DNA from: an uncultured Coriobacteriales bacterium
GTDB taxonomy: Bacteria; Actinomycetota; Coriobacteriia; Coriobacteriales; QAMH01
Direction of reading: 5' to 3'
DNA: 64,000 nucleotides
NCBI GenBank assembly: GCA_934646835.1
Contig: CAKUES010000012.1
Span: 155 to 64,154 of the forward strand
Notes under the pieces: generated by a model
What the model saw: the letters and a program-made list of their open reading frames with translations, nothing else
What the model was told of the DNA's origin: nothing
Database searches by the model: none
Shown: piece after piece, positions 9,069 to 20,086 of the stretch
How the letters are laid out: each line of letters begins with the position of its first letter
Numbering within the stretch: the first letter of the stretch is position 1
Position numbers and translations under genes: made by a program

Positions 9069-10979
9069 ATGCAGAAGTTCCAAACCGAGTCCAAGCGTTT
9101 GCTGGACCTCATGATCAACTCTATCTACACCAACAAGGAGATCTTCCTGCGCGAGCTGGTGTCCAACGCATCCGACGCGCTCGACAAGGTCTACATGGAG
9201 TCCTTGAAGGCCGGCGACAACAGCATCGTCCGCTCCGACCTCTTCATCAGCATCGACACTGACAGGGATGCACGCACCATCACCATCACCGACAACGGCA
9301 TCGGTATGGACAAGGAGGCCCTGGAGGCCAACCTCGGCACCATCGCCCACTCCGGCTCCCTCGAGTACAAGAGCGACGAGGAAATCAAGGAGTCCGATGA
9401 AATCGACATCATCGGCCAGTTCGGCGTCGGCTTCTACTCTGCGTTCATGGTCGCCGACCACGTGAAGGTCATTACCAAGGCCTACGGCTCCGACCAGGCA
9501 TACGTCTGGGAGAGCGAGGGCCTCGAGGGCTATGACATCACCGAAGGTGAGCGCGACGGCCACGGCACCACCATCATCCTGACCCTGCGTGAGAACAACG
9601 ACGACTTCAACTACGATCAGTTCCTGAGCAACTACGCGCTCGAGGACCTCATCAAGCGCTACAGCGACTACGTCCGCTACCCCATCACCATGAAGTTCAC
9701 CAGGTCCGTCCCCGTCGAGAAGCCCGAGGACGCAGGCGACGACTGGAAGCAGGAGTACCGCGAGGAGGACGAGGTCTGCACCGTCAACTCCATGGTGCCC
9801 ATCTGGACGCGCAAGAAATCCGAGGTCACCGACGAGGAGTACAACGAGTTCTACAAGACCACCTTCCGCGACGACGCCGACCCCGCAGCCGTGATCTCCA
9901 TCCACGCCGAGGGCACCATCAGCTACGACGCACTGCTCTTCATCCCCTCTCACGCACCGCGCGAGATGCTGACCAGGGGCTTCAAGAAGGGCCTCATGCT
10001 CTACAGCTCCAACGTCATGATCATGGAGAAGTGCGAAGAGCTGCTGCCTGACTACTTTGGCTTCGTCCGCGGCGTCGTCGACTCCCCGGACCTGAGCCTC
10101 AACATCTCCCGCGAGATGCTGCAGCAGAGCCGTGAGCTCTCCGCCATCCAGCGCCGCATCGAGAAGAAGGTCAAGGGCGAGCTCGAGAAGATGCGCGACG
10201 AGGACCGCGAGAAGTACGAGCAGGTCTACCGCTTCTTTGGCCCCAACTTCAAGTTCTCCATCTACTCCACCTACGGCGGCACCTCCCAGATCCTGTCTGA
10301 CCTGCTGATGTTCCCCTCTGTCAAGGAAGGCAAGCTCGTCACGCTGGAGGAGTACGTTGCCAAGGCGACCGAGGACCAGGACAAGATCTACTTCGCTACG
10401 GGCGACAGCATCGAGCAGATGAGCGCCACGCCGGTCGTCAAGGCCGTCGCCGCAAAGGGCTACGACGTGCTGCTGTGCGACCATGACGTCGACGAGTTCT
10501 GCCTGATGTCCATGCGCGAGTTTGGCGGCAAGACGCTCGTCAACGTCGGCACCTCCGAGCTCGACCTCGAGACCGAGGAGGAGAAGGAGGAGAACGAGAA
10601 GATCGCCTCCGAGAACGCCGACCTCTTTGCCGACATGGCAGCGACGCTGGGCGACAAGGTCACCAAGGTCGTTCCCTGCACGATGCCCATCGAGGCAGCG
10701 GCCTGCATCACCGCCGGCGGCATGGTCTCTCTGGCGATGGAGAAGTACTTCAAGTCCCTGCCCGAGCAAGACGAAAACGTCCCCAACGCCGAGCACGTGC
10801 TCGAGCTCAACATGGAGCACCCGGCCGTCAAGGCCCTGAAGGGCGCCTACGATGCCGGCGACACGGACAAGGCCGTGCTGTACACCAAGATCCTGCACGA
10901 CCAGGCGCTCATGGCCGAGGGCTTCCAGCTTGACGACGTCACTGCTTACAACGAGGCCGTCTGCCAGCTGATGAAGTAA
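9069..10979 (+). CDS. htpG: Molecular chaperone HtpG (Hsp90)
   Basis: MQKFQTESKRLLDLMINSIYTNKEIFLRELVSNASDALDK and GQFGVGFYSAFMVA are Hsp90 N-domain signatures. 636 aa. RBS AAGGGGGAG. Confidence 0.97.
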   Translation: MQKFQTESKRLLDLMINSIYTNKEIFLRELVSNASDALDKVYMESLKAGDNSIVRSDLFISIDTDRDARTITITDNGIGMDKEALEANLGTIAHSGSLEYKSDEEIKESDEIDIIGQFGVGFYSAFMVADHVKVITKAYGSDQAYVWESEGLEGYDITEGERDGHGTTIILTLRENNDDFNYDQFLSNYALEDLIKRYSDYVRYPITMKFTRSVPVEKPEDAGDDWKQEYREEDEVCTVNSMVPIWTRKKSEVTDEEYNEFYKTTFRDDADPAAVISIHAEGTISYDALLFIPSHAPREMLTRGFKKGLMLYSSNVMIMEKCEELLPDYFGFVRGVVDSPDLSLNISREMLQQSRELSAIQRRIEKKVKGELEKMRDEDREKYEQVYRFFGPNFKFSIYSTYGGTSQILSDLLMFPSVKEGKLVTLEEYVAKATEDQDKIYFATGDSIEQMSATPVVKAVAAKGYDVLLCDHDVDEFCLMSMREFGGKTLVNVGTSELDLETEEEKEENEKIASENADLFADMAATLGDKVTKVVPCTMPIEAAACITAGGMVSLAMEKYFKSLPEQDENVPNAEHVLELNMEHPAVKALKGAYDAGDTDKAVLYTKILHDQALMAEGFQLDDVTAYNEAVCQLMK

Positions 10980-11008
10980 GACCGCGCTAAACTGGACACA
11001 GTTTTTTC

Positions 11009-11036
11009 GAGGGGCTCGGAAGAGCCCCTCTTTTTT
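11009..11036 (+). terminator. Intrinsic terminator after htpG
   Basis: GAGGGGCTC-GGAA-GAGCCCCTC followed by TTTTTT. Confidence 0.85.
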
Positions 11037-11054
11037 CGTCGAGAGGAAGCACCG

Positions 11055-12260
11055 TTGAACTACGAGGAATCCGTTGCCGCGCTTGAGAGCGCGCTGAAGT
11101 TCGGCATCGACCCGAGCCTGGAGCCGATCCGCAAGATGTGTGCCGCCATGGGCAACCCACAGGACGTCTACGAATGCGTGCAGGTCGCCGGCACCAACGG
11201 CAAGTCGAGCGTGACGCGCATGACGGCCGCCATCTTGCGCGGTCAGGGTCGCAAGGTCGCCCTCTACACGAGTCCGGAGCTCGTCCGCTACCCCGAGCGC
11301 ATGGAGATCAACGGGCAGGTCGTGAGCGACCAACAGTTTGCCGACGCCGTCGAGGCAGCGCTCAAGGCAGCCGAGGAGTGCGGGCTTGAGGCAACCGAGT
11401 TCGAGTTGCTCACTGCCGGCGCCCTGTGGCTCTTTGCCCGCGAGGGTGTCGATGTCGCCGTGCTCGAGTGCGGCTTGGGTGGTCGCTGGGATGCCACGAG
11501 CGTCTGCACGCCCAAGGTCGCCGTCATCACCGGCATCGCACTCGACCACACGCACATACTCGGCAACACCCTCGAGGCGATAGCGGGGGAGAAGGCCCCC
11601 ATCATCAAGGCGGGTTGCACGGCGGTCCTCGCCCCGGCTCTTGCCGCGCGCGAGGTCTTCGATGCGCGCATCGCGGAGGTGGGCGCCCAGACCGTGGAGG
11701 TCGATCCGCTGATGGGAGAACTCTTCGCCTTCGCCGTTGCCCACATGCCGAGCTACCAGCGTCAAAACGCTGCAGTCGCCTTTGCCGCGGCCAAAGCGCT
11801 CGTAGGTCCCATCTCCATCGAGGAGGCAGAGGAGGCGTTGCGCGGTCTGCAGATTCCCGGTCGCTTCGAGACCCTGCGCCGCAATCCGCTGCTGCTTATC
11901 GACGCGGCGCACAATCCGCAAAGCGCCCATGTGCTGGCGGAGGAAGTGGAGCGCCGCTTCCCCGAGCGCATCATCCGGCCCACGCTGCTGCTCGGCGTGC
12001 TGGCTGACAAGGACGTCAAGGGCGTTGTGGGCGAGCTCGCACCGCTCTTCGACCGCGTGGTCTGCACGCAGTCGGCAAGCCCCCGCGCCATCGCCGCCGA
12101 CGAGCTTGCAGATATCGTGACTGCTGCCGGCTGCAAGGACGTGCGCACCGTCGCCACGATCTCCGAGGCGCTGGCCGCGCTTGAGGATACTCCGACCATC
12201 GCCAGCGGCTCCATCACCGTCGCCGGCGAGGTCAAGGGCTGCTGGCTCAAGAGCCTGTAA
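11055..12260 (+). CDS. folC: Bifunctional folylpolyglutamate synthase / dihydrofolate synthase
   Basis: TTG start. VAGTNGKSSV P-loop (Mur ligase family). Also LECGLGGRWDATSV, AGEKAPIIK and IDAAHNP, all FolC-type. Confidence 0.9.
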   Translation: MNYEESVAALESALKFGIDPSLEPIRKMCAAMGNPQDVYECVQVAGTNGKSSVTRMTAAILRGQGRKVALYTSPELVRYPERMEINGQVVSDQQFADAVEAALKAAEECGLEATEFELLTAGALWLFAREGVDVAVLECGLGGRWDATSVCTPKVAVITGIALDHTHILGNTLEAIAGEKAPIIKAGCTAVLAPALAAREVFDARIAEVGAQTVEVDPLMGELFAFAVAHMPSYQRQNAAVAFAAAKALVGPISIEEAEEALRGLQIPGRFETLRRNPLLLIDAAHNPQSAHVLAEEVERRFPERIIRPTLLLGVLADKDVKGVVGELAPLFDRVVCTQSASPRAIAADELADIVTAAGCKDVRTVATISEALAALEDTPTIASGSITVAGEVKGCWLKSL

Positions 12261-12268
12261 CCACGCTG

Positions 12269-12432
12269 CCGGGGAGGGGGGGTCCGCAATGAGGCATTGC
12301 GGAGCAGAGTCCGCCTGAAGACCTCGCGGGAGCGAGGACTGTCTGAGCGCCGAAGGCGCGAGTTCCGCAGCTGCGAGGTCGGAAGGCGGACTCGGGTGCG
12401 GAGCCTGCCTCGTGGCGGGCCTTCCTCCCCGG
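12269..12432 (+). ncRNA. Candidate structured non-coding element (multi-stem fold), function unknown
   Basis: The closing stem is CCGGGGAGG (12269-12277) / CCTCCCCGG (12424-12432). A hairpin lies at 12284-12302. An inner 9-bp stem GAGTCCGCC (12307-12315) / GGCGGACTC (12385-12393) encloses a GGGA-tetraloop hairpin (12322-12337) and GCGCC-GAA-GGCGC (12347-12359). A further hairpin at 12403-12420 has loop TCGT. No plausible ORF is present. Confidence 0.3.
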
Positions 12433-12613
12433 CGACTGCGAGTTGCAGCAAAAACGAGGCTCAGCTGCTTGCGCCTTGCTCCGCATCGTCTCTTCCAGCC
12501 GCCCCTCCACCCCGGCATGTCAGGGGTGCCGACGTCAGGTCCTTCAACACGCTATGGTTCATCAGTGCTAGTATGATGCGGTTAACAACTCCTACCACCA
12601 CGAGGTAAACCCC

Positions 12614-13051
12614 ATGAGCGAGATGCTTAACCAGCTGCTGACAGGTCCCGTTAAGGTCTTCTTGGCCGGTATGGCCGTCTTCATCATCGTCGTGTACCTA
12701 CTGAGCATCCTCTGGGTTGTCCGCGATGCCAAGGCGCGCAACGTCAGCCCCGTCATGTGGGGCGTCATCGCCATCATCCCCGTGGCCGGCCTCATCGCCT
12801 ACTGCCTCATGCGTCCCACCCTCTCCGAGACTGACCAGGAGGAGCAGGACATGGGCATGGAGCTCACCCGCCGCCAGCTCGGCGAGTACGGCCACTGCCC
12901 GCACTGCGGCTATGCGACCAAGAGTGATTTCGTCGCCTGCCCGCACTGCCACAGGCAGCTGCGCAACGTCTGCACCCGCTGCGGCCGCGTCCTCGAGCCG
13001 GACTGGACCATCTGCCCCTACTGCACCACGCCGGTTGGCAGGGCCAAGTAG
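12614..13051 (+). CDS. Small membrane protein with PLD-N-like two-TM N-terminus and double zinc-ribbon C-terminus
   Basis: 145 aa. There are two hydrophobic helices (LWVVRDAKARN...MWGVIAIIPVAGLIAYCLMRP). Four CxxC pairs follow: CPHCGY, CPHCHRQL, CTRCGR, CPYC. Confidence 0.75.
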   Translation: MSEMLNQLLTGPVKVFLAGMAVFIIVVYLLSILWVVRDAKARNVSPVMWGVIAIIPVAGLIAYCLMRPTLSETDQEEQDMGMELTRRQLGEYGHCPHCGYATKSDFVACPHCHRQLRNVCTRCGRVLEPDWTICPYCTTPVGRAK

Positions 13052-13118
13052 CACCTCCATTGCGCAGCGCGCATCCTTTCCAGGCGCATCGTTGCGCCGT
13101 ATAATCATCCAGCACCAC

Positions 13119-13146
13119 CGCCGCAGGCAGATCCCTGCGGCGTTTT
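13119..13146 (+). terminator. Intrinsic terminator-like hairpin downstream of the zinc-ribbon gene / upstream of thrS
   Basis: CGCCGCAGG-CAGATC-CCTGCGGCG followed by TTTT. Confidence 0.55.
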
Positions 13147-13237
13147 GTAAGCGGGCAACTTGGTCTGTCTCCAAGCTGTCCTGTCGGTAAGTCCCACTCG
13201 GTTTGTTTCCGAGATACGGGCAGAAAGGAATGTTCCT

Positions 13238-15166
<1,929 letters not shown>

Positions 15167-15197
15167 AGCTCCAATAGCAGCCATTGGCTAACCGAAG

Positions 15198-15229
15198 GAG
15201 GGGTCCGCGGGTGCGGTCCCCTCTTTTTT
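15198..15229 (+). terminator. Intrinsic terminator after thrS
   Basis: GAGGGGTCCGC-GGGT-GCGGTCCCCTC (one T.T mismatch) followed by TTTTTTGGTTTT. Confidence 0.8.
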
Positions 15230-15240
15230 GGTTTTGGGCA

Positions 15241-15383
15241 CAAAACATACGCCAAGTAGGGAGGGTTTGGCTATACCGCATGGCTGCGTGGCATTTTGAG
15301 TCATAAAGCCGCAGGTCAGAAGCACGCTGTTTGTGGGTTGCTCATCAAAGTCCGCAAACCTTGCCTACTTGGCGTATGTTTTG
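15241..15383 (+). repeat. Family B MITE-like element, copy B1 (divergent)
   Basis: Terminal inverted repeats CAAAACATACGCCAAGTAGGGAGGGTTTGG / CCGCAAACCTTGCCTACTTGGCGTATGTTTTG. The internal AAGCCGCAGGTCAGAAGCACGCTG resembles the family core. Confidence 0.8.
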
Positions 15384-15604
15384 CATGGATGGGACATGCG
15401 ATTGCTGTCGCTCGGACGTGCAGCGCGTAGTCGAAGAACCTAGGCGCGGCTCAACGTTGGGCCGTATCCAGATGTTTCGACTCCGGCCCCTACGGGGCCT
15501 CCGCTCAACATGACGGAGAAGCAAGGGCCAGTCAGGGGGACGCCGCGTTGTCTTGGGGCGCGAACCGCCCAGTTCCGGCACCTTGCTGGTGTCAGCCATC
15601 TCGC

Positions 15605-15645
15605 CACAACCTGTGGCGCCGACTTCGTCTGGCGCCTACGTGGGG
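15605..15645 (+). repeat. Family D GGCGCC-hairpin motif, isolated forward arm
   Basis: CACAACCTGTGGCGCCGACTTCGTCTGGCGCCTACGTGGGG. Confidence 0.9.
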
Positions 15646-15784
15646 CCTGGGACCCATTGGCGCTCGCGCGAAACCAACAGAGCTCTCGCGGTGGTGGGGG
15701 GGCTGAAACGAAAGCGATTTTGATACAGTCCCTACGCTGGACCAGCGTTCTCCCTCAGGATCACCGCAACATATGCGCCGTTTA

Positions 15785-15822
15785 AGGAAACGGGGCCCGT
15801 GGCAATACGGGTCCCGTTTCCT
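15785..15822 (+). terminator. Orphan terminator-like hairpin in the thrS - SBP intergenic region
   Basis: 16-bp stem AGGAAACGGGGCCCGT / ACGGGTCCCGTTTCCT with loop GGCAAT, followed by GCTTTCTGT. No annotated gene ends here. Confidence 0.45.
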
Positions 15823-16062
15823 GCTTTCTGTGCCGATTCCACGGCATTTTTGCCGAGTCGCGTAAGCTCAACGTGGTCGACTCTACCCGCTGGATGCTAT
15901 GTCTTGTATGAATCGGACTATTTTTCATACATTGATGAAACTGTTACAGTTTATGTGGTAGTTTTTTGACGCTGCCCTAGGTTGTCGCTCGGACAAGGGC
16001 TCGATACTATTATTTTAAAGAGGACTTTATTGCGCGTATGGAGCATGAGGAGGCGGATGGCG

Positions 16063-16869
16063 ATGCTGAAGAAAATAACGCTTTTGCTGGTTGCAGTCAT
16101 GCTCGCCGCCGTCCCGCTGTGCGCTTGCTCTGCCAAGCCGCAGGGTACATCGCAGGAGCTTCCTCAGCTGGTGATTGGCTACGGCGAGTACCGTCCCTAC
16201 GCATATACCAACGAGGACGGCTATGTCGCTGGCTTGGATGTCGAACTCGCGCGCGAGGCCTGCGAGCGCATGGGTTACAAACCTGTCTTCAAACAGATCA
16301 AATGGGAGTACCGCGACAGGTACCTCAAGGAGGGTGTGGTCGACTGCCTGTGGAGCTGCTTCTCCATGGATGAGCGCGAAGGCGACTACGATTGGGCGGG
16401 TCCGTACATGAACAGCCGTCAGGTTGTCGCTGTGCTGGAGGACTCCTCGATCAAGGGACTCTCCGATCTCAAGGACAAACGCGTCGGCGTCAAAACCTCG
16501 ACGAGGCCCGAGGAGATCTTCCTCGAGCACGAGGACAAAAGGATTCCCCGTGTGGAAAACGTCTATTGCCTGACGGACGCAGAAGAGCTTGCGACGGCGC
16601 TGCGCAATGGATACGTCGACGCTGTTGCCGGCCACATGGGCATGCTGCGTTATTTCTTGGAAAACACCGGCACGTCTTATCGTCTGCTGGACGAGGATCT
16701 TGCCAGCGCGTTGATCGGCGTGGCCTTTGCAGAGGACCGCGATGATTCTGTCTGCGAAGAGCTTGATCGCGCACTCGATGACATGAGGAAGGACGGGACG
16801 ACGGCCTCGATTCTGAAAAGCCACGGCGTTGATGCCAGCAGGGCCCTCGAGGGGGTCGGCGATGAATAG
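16063..16869 (+). CDS. Lipoprotein, family-3 (amino-acid/polar solute type) periplasmic substrate-binding domain protein
   Basis: Lipobox-like signal MLKKITLLLVAVMLAAVPLCAC. The segment LVIGYGEYRPYAYTNEDGYVAGLDVELAREA is typical of PBPb domains. AGGAGG at 16048-16053 favours ATG 16063 (ATG 16057 is an alternative). The gene is overlapped by the downstream kinase gene. Confidence 0.8.
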   Translation: MLKKITLLLVAVMLAAVPLCACSAKPQGTSQELPQLVIGYGEYRPYAYTNEDGYVAGLDVELAREACERMGYKPVFKQIKWEYRDRYLKEGVVDCLWSCFSMDEREGDYDWAGPYMNSRQVVAVLEDSSIKGLSDLKDKRVGVKTSTRPEEIFLEHEDKRIPRVENVYCLTDAEELATALRNGYVDAVAGHMGMLRYFLENTGTSYRLLDEDLASALIGVAFAEDRDDSVCEELDRALDDMRKDGTTASILKSHGVDASRALEGVGDE

Positions 16870-18964
16870 GTTCAGGATCCTCACTCATGCACAGTGGCAG
16901 TCCCGTATCCGCAAAGCCGCGCTCGGCGGACTTGCCGTGCTCCTTGCGACCATGGTCGCAGCCGGTGCGTTTGGTTCTCTCCGTATGTCCCATTATGCCC
17001 ATGATGTCGCAGAGACGCTCAAAGAGCAGTGCGCGAGCTATGACAGGCTCGTTGCCTCGGACCGCACGAAATCGCTCTTCTATCTCTCGGATATGACGCG
17101 CCAGCTCAGCTCGAGCATCGCGGAAGACCCCTCGCATGCCAGTGACGGGTACCTCGAGGCTTATGTCGAGCGCGCTCGCATATCGGGTGCCTTGTTGATC
17201 GACAGGGACCTGAAGCTCAAAGCCGCCAGTAATGTCAAGCTGCGTGACGGCAGGTGGACGAGCGCCTCTTTTGGCGCGCTGTTTGCAGATATCGTCAAGT
17301 ATCCGGAGAAGGTCTTTTCCGAGCGTGTGTACATCGATGGCGAGTATTACGACTTCAGCGCGGTGTCTAGAGAGGACGAGCCTGGCATCGTGGCGTGCTT
17401 TTACAAGCAGCCGACGGGCCTCGTTACCGATATGGAAGACGACCTCGAGAGCATGCTCACGGGTCTGTCGCTCAACTTCGAGGGCAATTACCTGGTTGCC
17501 TACGAGGGCGGCGTCTGTGCGGCGAGCGACCCGGGTATGGACAAAGAGAGCGCAAAGAGCGAGGCTCTGCGCGACACCTTCGTATCGTTGCCGGACGACA
17601 AGCGCGTCCATCTGACACAATGCGACGGCTGGGAGTACTTGGCCTACCACACCGAGACAAACGGCTATTCTCTCTACGTTTACTACCCTCTCTACGTTGT
17701 GATATTCGGGTCGCTCATCATCAGCGGCTTCATCCTCATCCTCTATTTTGTCCTGGTCTTTGGGTTCATGAGCGTGCGCAACCGCGCCCTCTATGAGAAC
17801 CAGGTCAAGCTCGAGTATGCCAACAACGCCAAGAGCGAGTTTCTCCGCAGGGTCAGCCATGATATCCGCACACCGGTCAACGGGGCGCGCGGCTACATCG
17901 ACATGGCCATGGCGCATCCAGAGGACCTGGAGTTGCAGGAGCATTGCCGTGAGAAGGTTTCCTCATCGCTCGACTCTTTGTCTTTGCTGGTCAACAGCAT
18001 GCTCAACATGAGCAAGCTCGAGTACAGCGACATCGTCATCGAGCGCCGCTCCTTTACCATCGACGAGCTTATGGAGCGTGTCGAGACCGCCATAAAGGCA
18101 CAGGCTGTCGAGAAGGGCATCTCCTATGAGACCGTGGGCCTGCAGGATGTCGCGGCGCGTCATCTCGTGGGAAGCCCACGCCATGCCGAGCAAGTCCTGG
18201 TGAACCTTGCGAGCAATGCGGTCAAGTACGGCAGGCAGGGTGGTTACGTGCGCATGGGCGTCAAGCAGCTTCCTGCTGATGGCGGACGCGTGCGCTTCGA
18301 GTTCACCTGCGAGGACAACGGCATCGGGATGAGCGCGGAGTTCCAGAAGCACATGTACGAGCTCTTCTCGCAGGAAGATGAAGGGGCTCGCTCTGAGTTC
18401 GAGGGTGTGGGCCTTGGCCTCCCGATCACCAAGAAGCTCGTCGATGCCCTGGGCGGGACCATCTCCTGTGAGTCCCGCAAGGGGGAGGGCACCTGCTTTA
18501 CGGTAACCTTGGAATTCGAGGTTGATCCCGATGCGGTCGAGAAGGAGAAGGCCCTGGTGAGCGAGGAGTCCGGCTCCTCGCTGAAGGGCGCCAGGGTCCT
18601 CGCAGTCGAGGACAACGAGCTCAACATGGAGATCTTGGAGTTCATCTTGACCGAGCAGGGTGCCACGGTCGTAAAGGCGTGGAACGGTCAGGAGGGTGTC
18701 GACCTGTTTGCTGACTCCGCTCCGGGTTCCTTCGACCTCATCCTCATGGACCTCATGATGCCGGTGCTCGACGGCTATGGGGCTGCCAGGGCGATACGCG
18801 CGCTCGGCAGGCTGGATGCGGCTACGGTGCCTATCGTCGCGGTCTCTGCCAATGCCTTCTCCGATGATATGGAGGCTGGTCGCGAGGCGGGTATGAACGG
18901 GCATGTCTCCAAGCCCGTCGATGTTGGCAGGCTGCTCCAGACGGTCGACAAGCTGCTGCGCTAG
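16862..18964 (+). CDS. Hybrid sensor histidine kinase / response regulator
   Basis: ATG 16862 overlaps the upstream stop by 8 nt. Two TM segments flank an extracytoplasmic domain. The H-box is EFLRRVSHDIRTPVNG and the HATPase G-boxes are DNGIGM and GVGLGLPITKKL. The C-terminal receiver is VLAVEDNELN...LILMDLMMPVLDG...SKP. Confidence 0.9.
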   Translation: MNRFRILTHAQWQSRIRKAALGGLAVLLATMVAAGAFGSLRMSHYAHDVAETLKEQCASYDRLVASDRTKSLFYLSDMTRQLSSSIAEDPSHASDGYLEAYVERARISGALLIDRDLKLKAASNVKLRDGRWTSASFGALFADIVKYPEKVFSERVYIDGEYYDFSAVSREDEPGIVACFYKQPTGLVTDMEDDLESMLTGLSLNFEGNYLVAYEGGVCAASDPGMDKESAKSEALRDTFVSLPDDKRVHLTQCDGWEYLAYHTETNGYSLYVYYPLYVVIFGSLIISGFILILYFVLVFGFMSVRNRALYENQVKLEYANNAKSEFLRRVSHDIRTPVNGARGYIDMAMAHPEDLELQEHCREKVSSSLDSLSLLVNSMLNMSKLEYSDIVIERRSFTIDELMERVETAIKAQAVEKGISYETVGLQDVAARHLVGSPRHAEQVLVNLASNAVKYGRQGGYVRMGVKQLPADGGRVRFEFTCEDNGIGMSAEFQKHMYELFSQEDEGARSEFEGVGLGLPITKKLVDALGGTISCESRKGEGTCFTVTLEFEVDPDAVEKEKALVSEESGSSLKGARVLAVEDNELNMEILEFILTEQGATVVKAWNGQEGVDLFADSAPGSFDLILMDLMMPVLDGYGAARAIRALGRLDAATVPIVAVSANAFSDDMEAGREAGMNGHVSKPVDVGRLLQTVDKLLR

Positions 18965-19014
18965 AATGGTGGGCGCATCTGATTTGTGCCCAACCCATCT
19001 CAAAGGAGATTTAC

Positions 19015-19869
19015 ATGAAGGCCGTTATTCCCGCTGCGGGTCTTGGCTCCCGCTTCCTGCCTGCAACCAAGGCGCAGCCCAAGGAGATGCTGCCCATCGT
19101 GGACAAGCCCACGATGCAGTACATCGTCGAGGAGGCTCTCGAGGCCGGTGCTGACGAGGTCGTCATCGTCAACAGCCACGAGAAGAAGGCGATCGAGAAC
19201 CACTTCAGCCCCAGCCCCGAGCTGGTCGCCGACTTGCGCCGCCGCGGCAAGGACAGCTACGCCGATGCCGTCGAGTACGCAGGCAACTTGCCGGTGAGCT
19301 TCGTGTACCAGGAGGAGGCGCTTGGCTTGGGTCATGCTGTCTTGCAGGCGGCCCCCAAGACCGGCGACGATATGTTCATGGTCATGCTCGGCGATGTCAT
19401 TGTTCCGGACAACGGCATCTGCACGGCGATGCAGACCATCAGCGCCGCTCATAGCAACGCCAGCGTTATCGCCGTCGTTCCCGTTCCTGACGACCAGGTC
19501 GACCGCTTTGGCATCGTCGGCTGCGTTGAGGAGGCAGACGGCGCCCTGCGCATCAAGAAGATGGTCGAGAAGCCGGCTCTCAAGGACGCGCCCAGCAACC
19601 TGGCGATCTTTGGTCGCTACCTGCTGAGCCCCAAGGTCATGGAGCTACTCGAGACCACCGAGCCCGGCGCCGGAAACGAGATCCAGCTCACCGACGCACT
19701 GGTCGAGCTGCTGCAGACGGAGAACGTCTACGCCTACGTCATCGACCCGGCAGAGGGCTTCGACTCCGGCACTATCGCCAACTGGCTCGAGACCAACGTC
19801 GCGCTCGCCATGCGCGATCCCAAGCTCGCCGCCTATCTCAAGGAGACCGTCGGGCATTACTTCGCCTAA
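19015..19869 (+). CDS. galU: UTP--glucose-1-phosphate uridylyltransferase
   Basis: MKAVIPAAGLGSRFLPATKAQPKEMLPIVDKP is the GalU N-terminal signature. RBS AAAGGAG. Confidence 0.93.
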   Translation: MKAVIPAAGLGSRFLPATKAQPKEMLPIVDKPTMQYIVEEALEAGADEVVIVNSHEKKAIENHFSPSPELVADLRRRGKDSYADAVEYAGNLPVSFVYQEEALGLGHAVLQAAPKTGDDMFMVMLGDVIVPDNGICTAMQTISAAHSNASVIAVVPVPDDQVDRFGIVGCVEEADGALRIKKMVEKPALKDAPSNLAIFGRYLLSPKVMELLETTEPGAGNEIQLTDALVELLQTENVYAYVIDPAEGFDSGTIANWLETNVALAMRDPKLAAYLKETVGHYFA

Positions 19870-19897
19870 GTCGGCTACAATAGGTAGCCGCTTCATT

Positions 19898-19988
19898 GGA
19901 CGGATGGCCGAGTGGTTTAAGGCAGCGGTCTTGAAAACCGCCGAGCGTTTGTAGCGTTCCTAGGGTTCGAATCCCTATCCGTCCGCCA
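19898..19988 (+). tRNA. tRNA-Ser (anticodon UGA), CCA encoded
   Basis: Acceptor stem GGACGGA/TCCGTCC, discriminator G plus CCA. Anticodon stem-loop GCGGT-CTTGAAA-ACCGC (anticodon TGA). Long variable arm. T-arm TAGGG-TTCGAAT-CCCTA. Confidence 0.93.
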
Positions 19989-19998
19989 GCACAAAGAC

Positions 19999-20045
19999 CG
20001 AGGGCCCGCATCATCGCGATGCGGGCCCTCGTTGTGTCTTGGGGG
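19999..20045 (+). repeat. T3 hairpin repeat, copy a (terminator-like, immediately after tRNA-Ser)
   Basis: CGAGGGCCCGCATC-ATCGC-GATGCGGGCCCTCG followed by TTGTGTCTTGGGGG. It is near-identical to 28064-28109 in the same orientation. Confidence 0.9.
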
Positions 20046-20086
20046 ACGGTCAACAAAACAGTCTGACGGAAGTGTTGACCGACGCT

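Noticed and set aside
12365-12400. SRP (4.5S) RNA, because of GGUCGGAAGGCGGAC resembling the domain IV GGAA tetraloop region.
   Set aside because: The flanking conserved SRP motifs (AGCAGC / symmetric loop partners) are not present. The overall fold is branched rather than a single long helix.
9054-12518. Very long minus-strand ORF (1154 aa) antisense to htpG and folC. Similar ones are 1067..3811 (914 aa), 12698..15184 (828 aa), 32112..35921 (1269 aa), 38075..40567 (830 aa), 23524..25257 and 49264..50781.
   Set aside because: These are typical shadow ORFs of high-GC DNA. They lie antisense to genes with unmistakable conserved protein signatures. Their translations are low-complexity and rich in A, G, R, V, L, D, E and H. 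They have no RBS.
13052-13237. T-box or ThrRS-operator-type leader upstream of thrS.
   Set aside because: I see no T-box sequence (UGGUACCGCG-like), no specifier-loop architecture and no tRNA-Thr anticodon-arm mimic. Only one hairpin plus T tract is present (13119-13146), and it is equally well explained as the terminator of the upstream gene.
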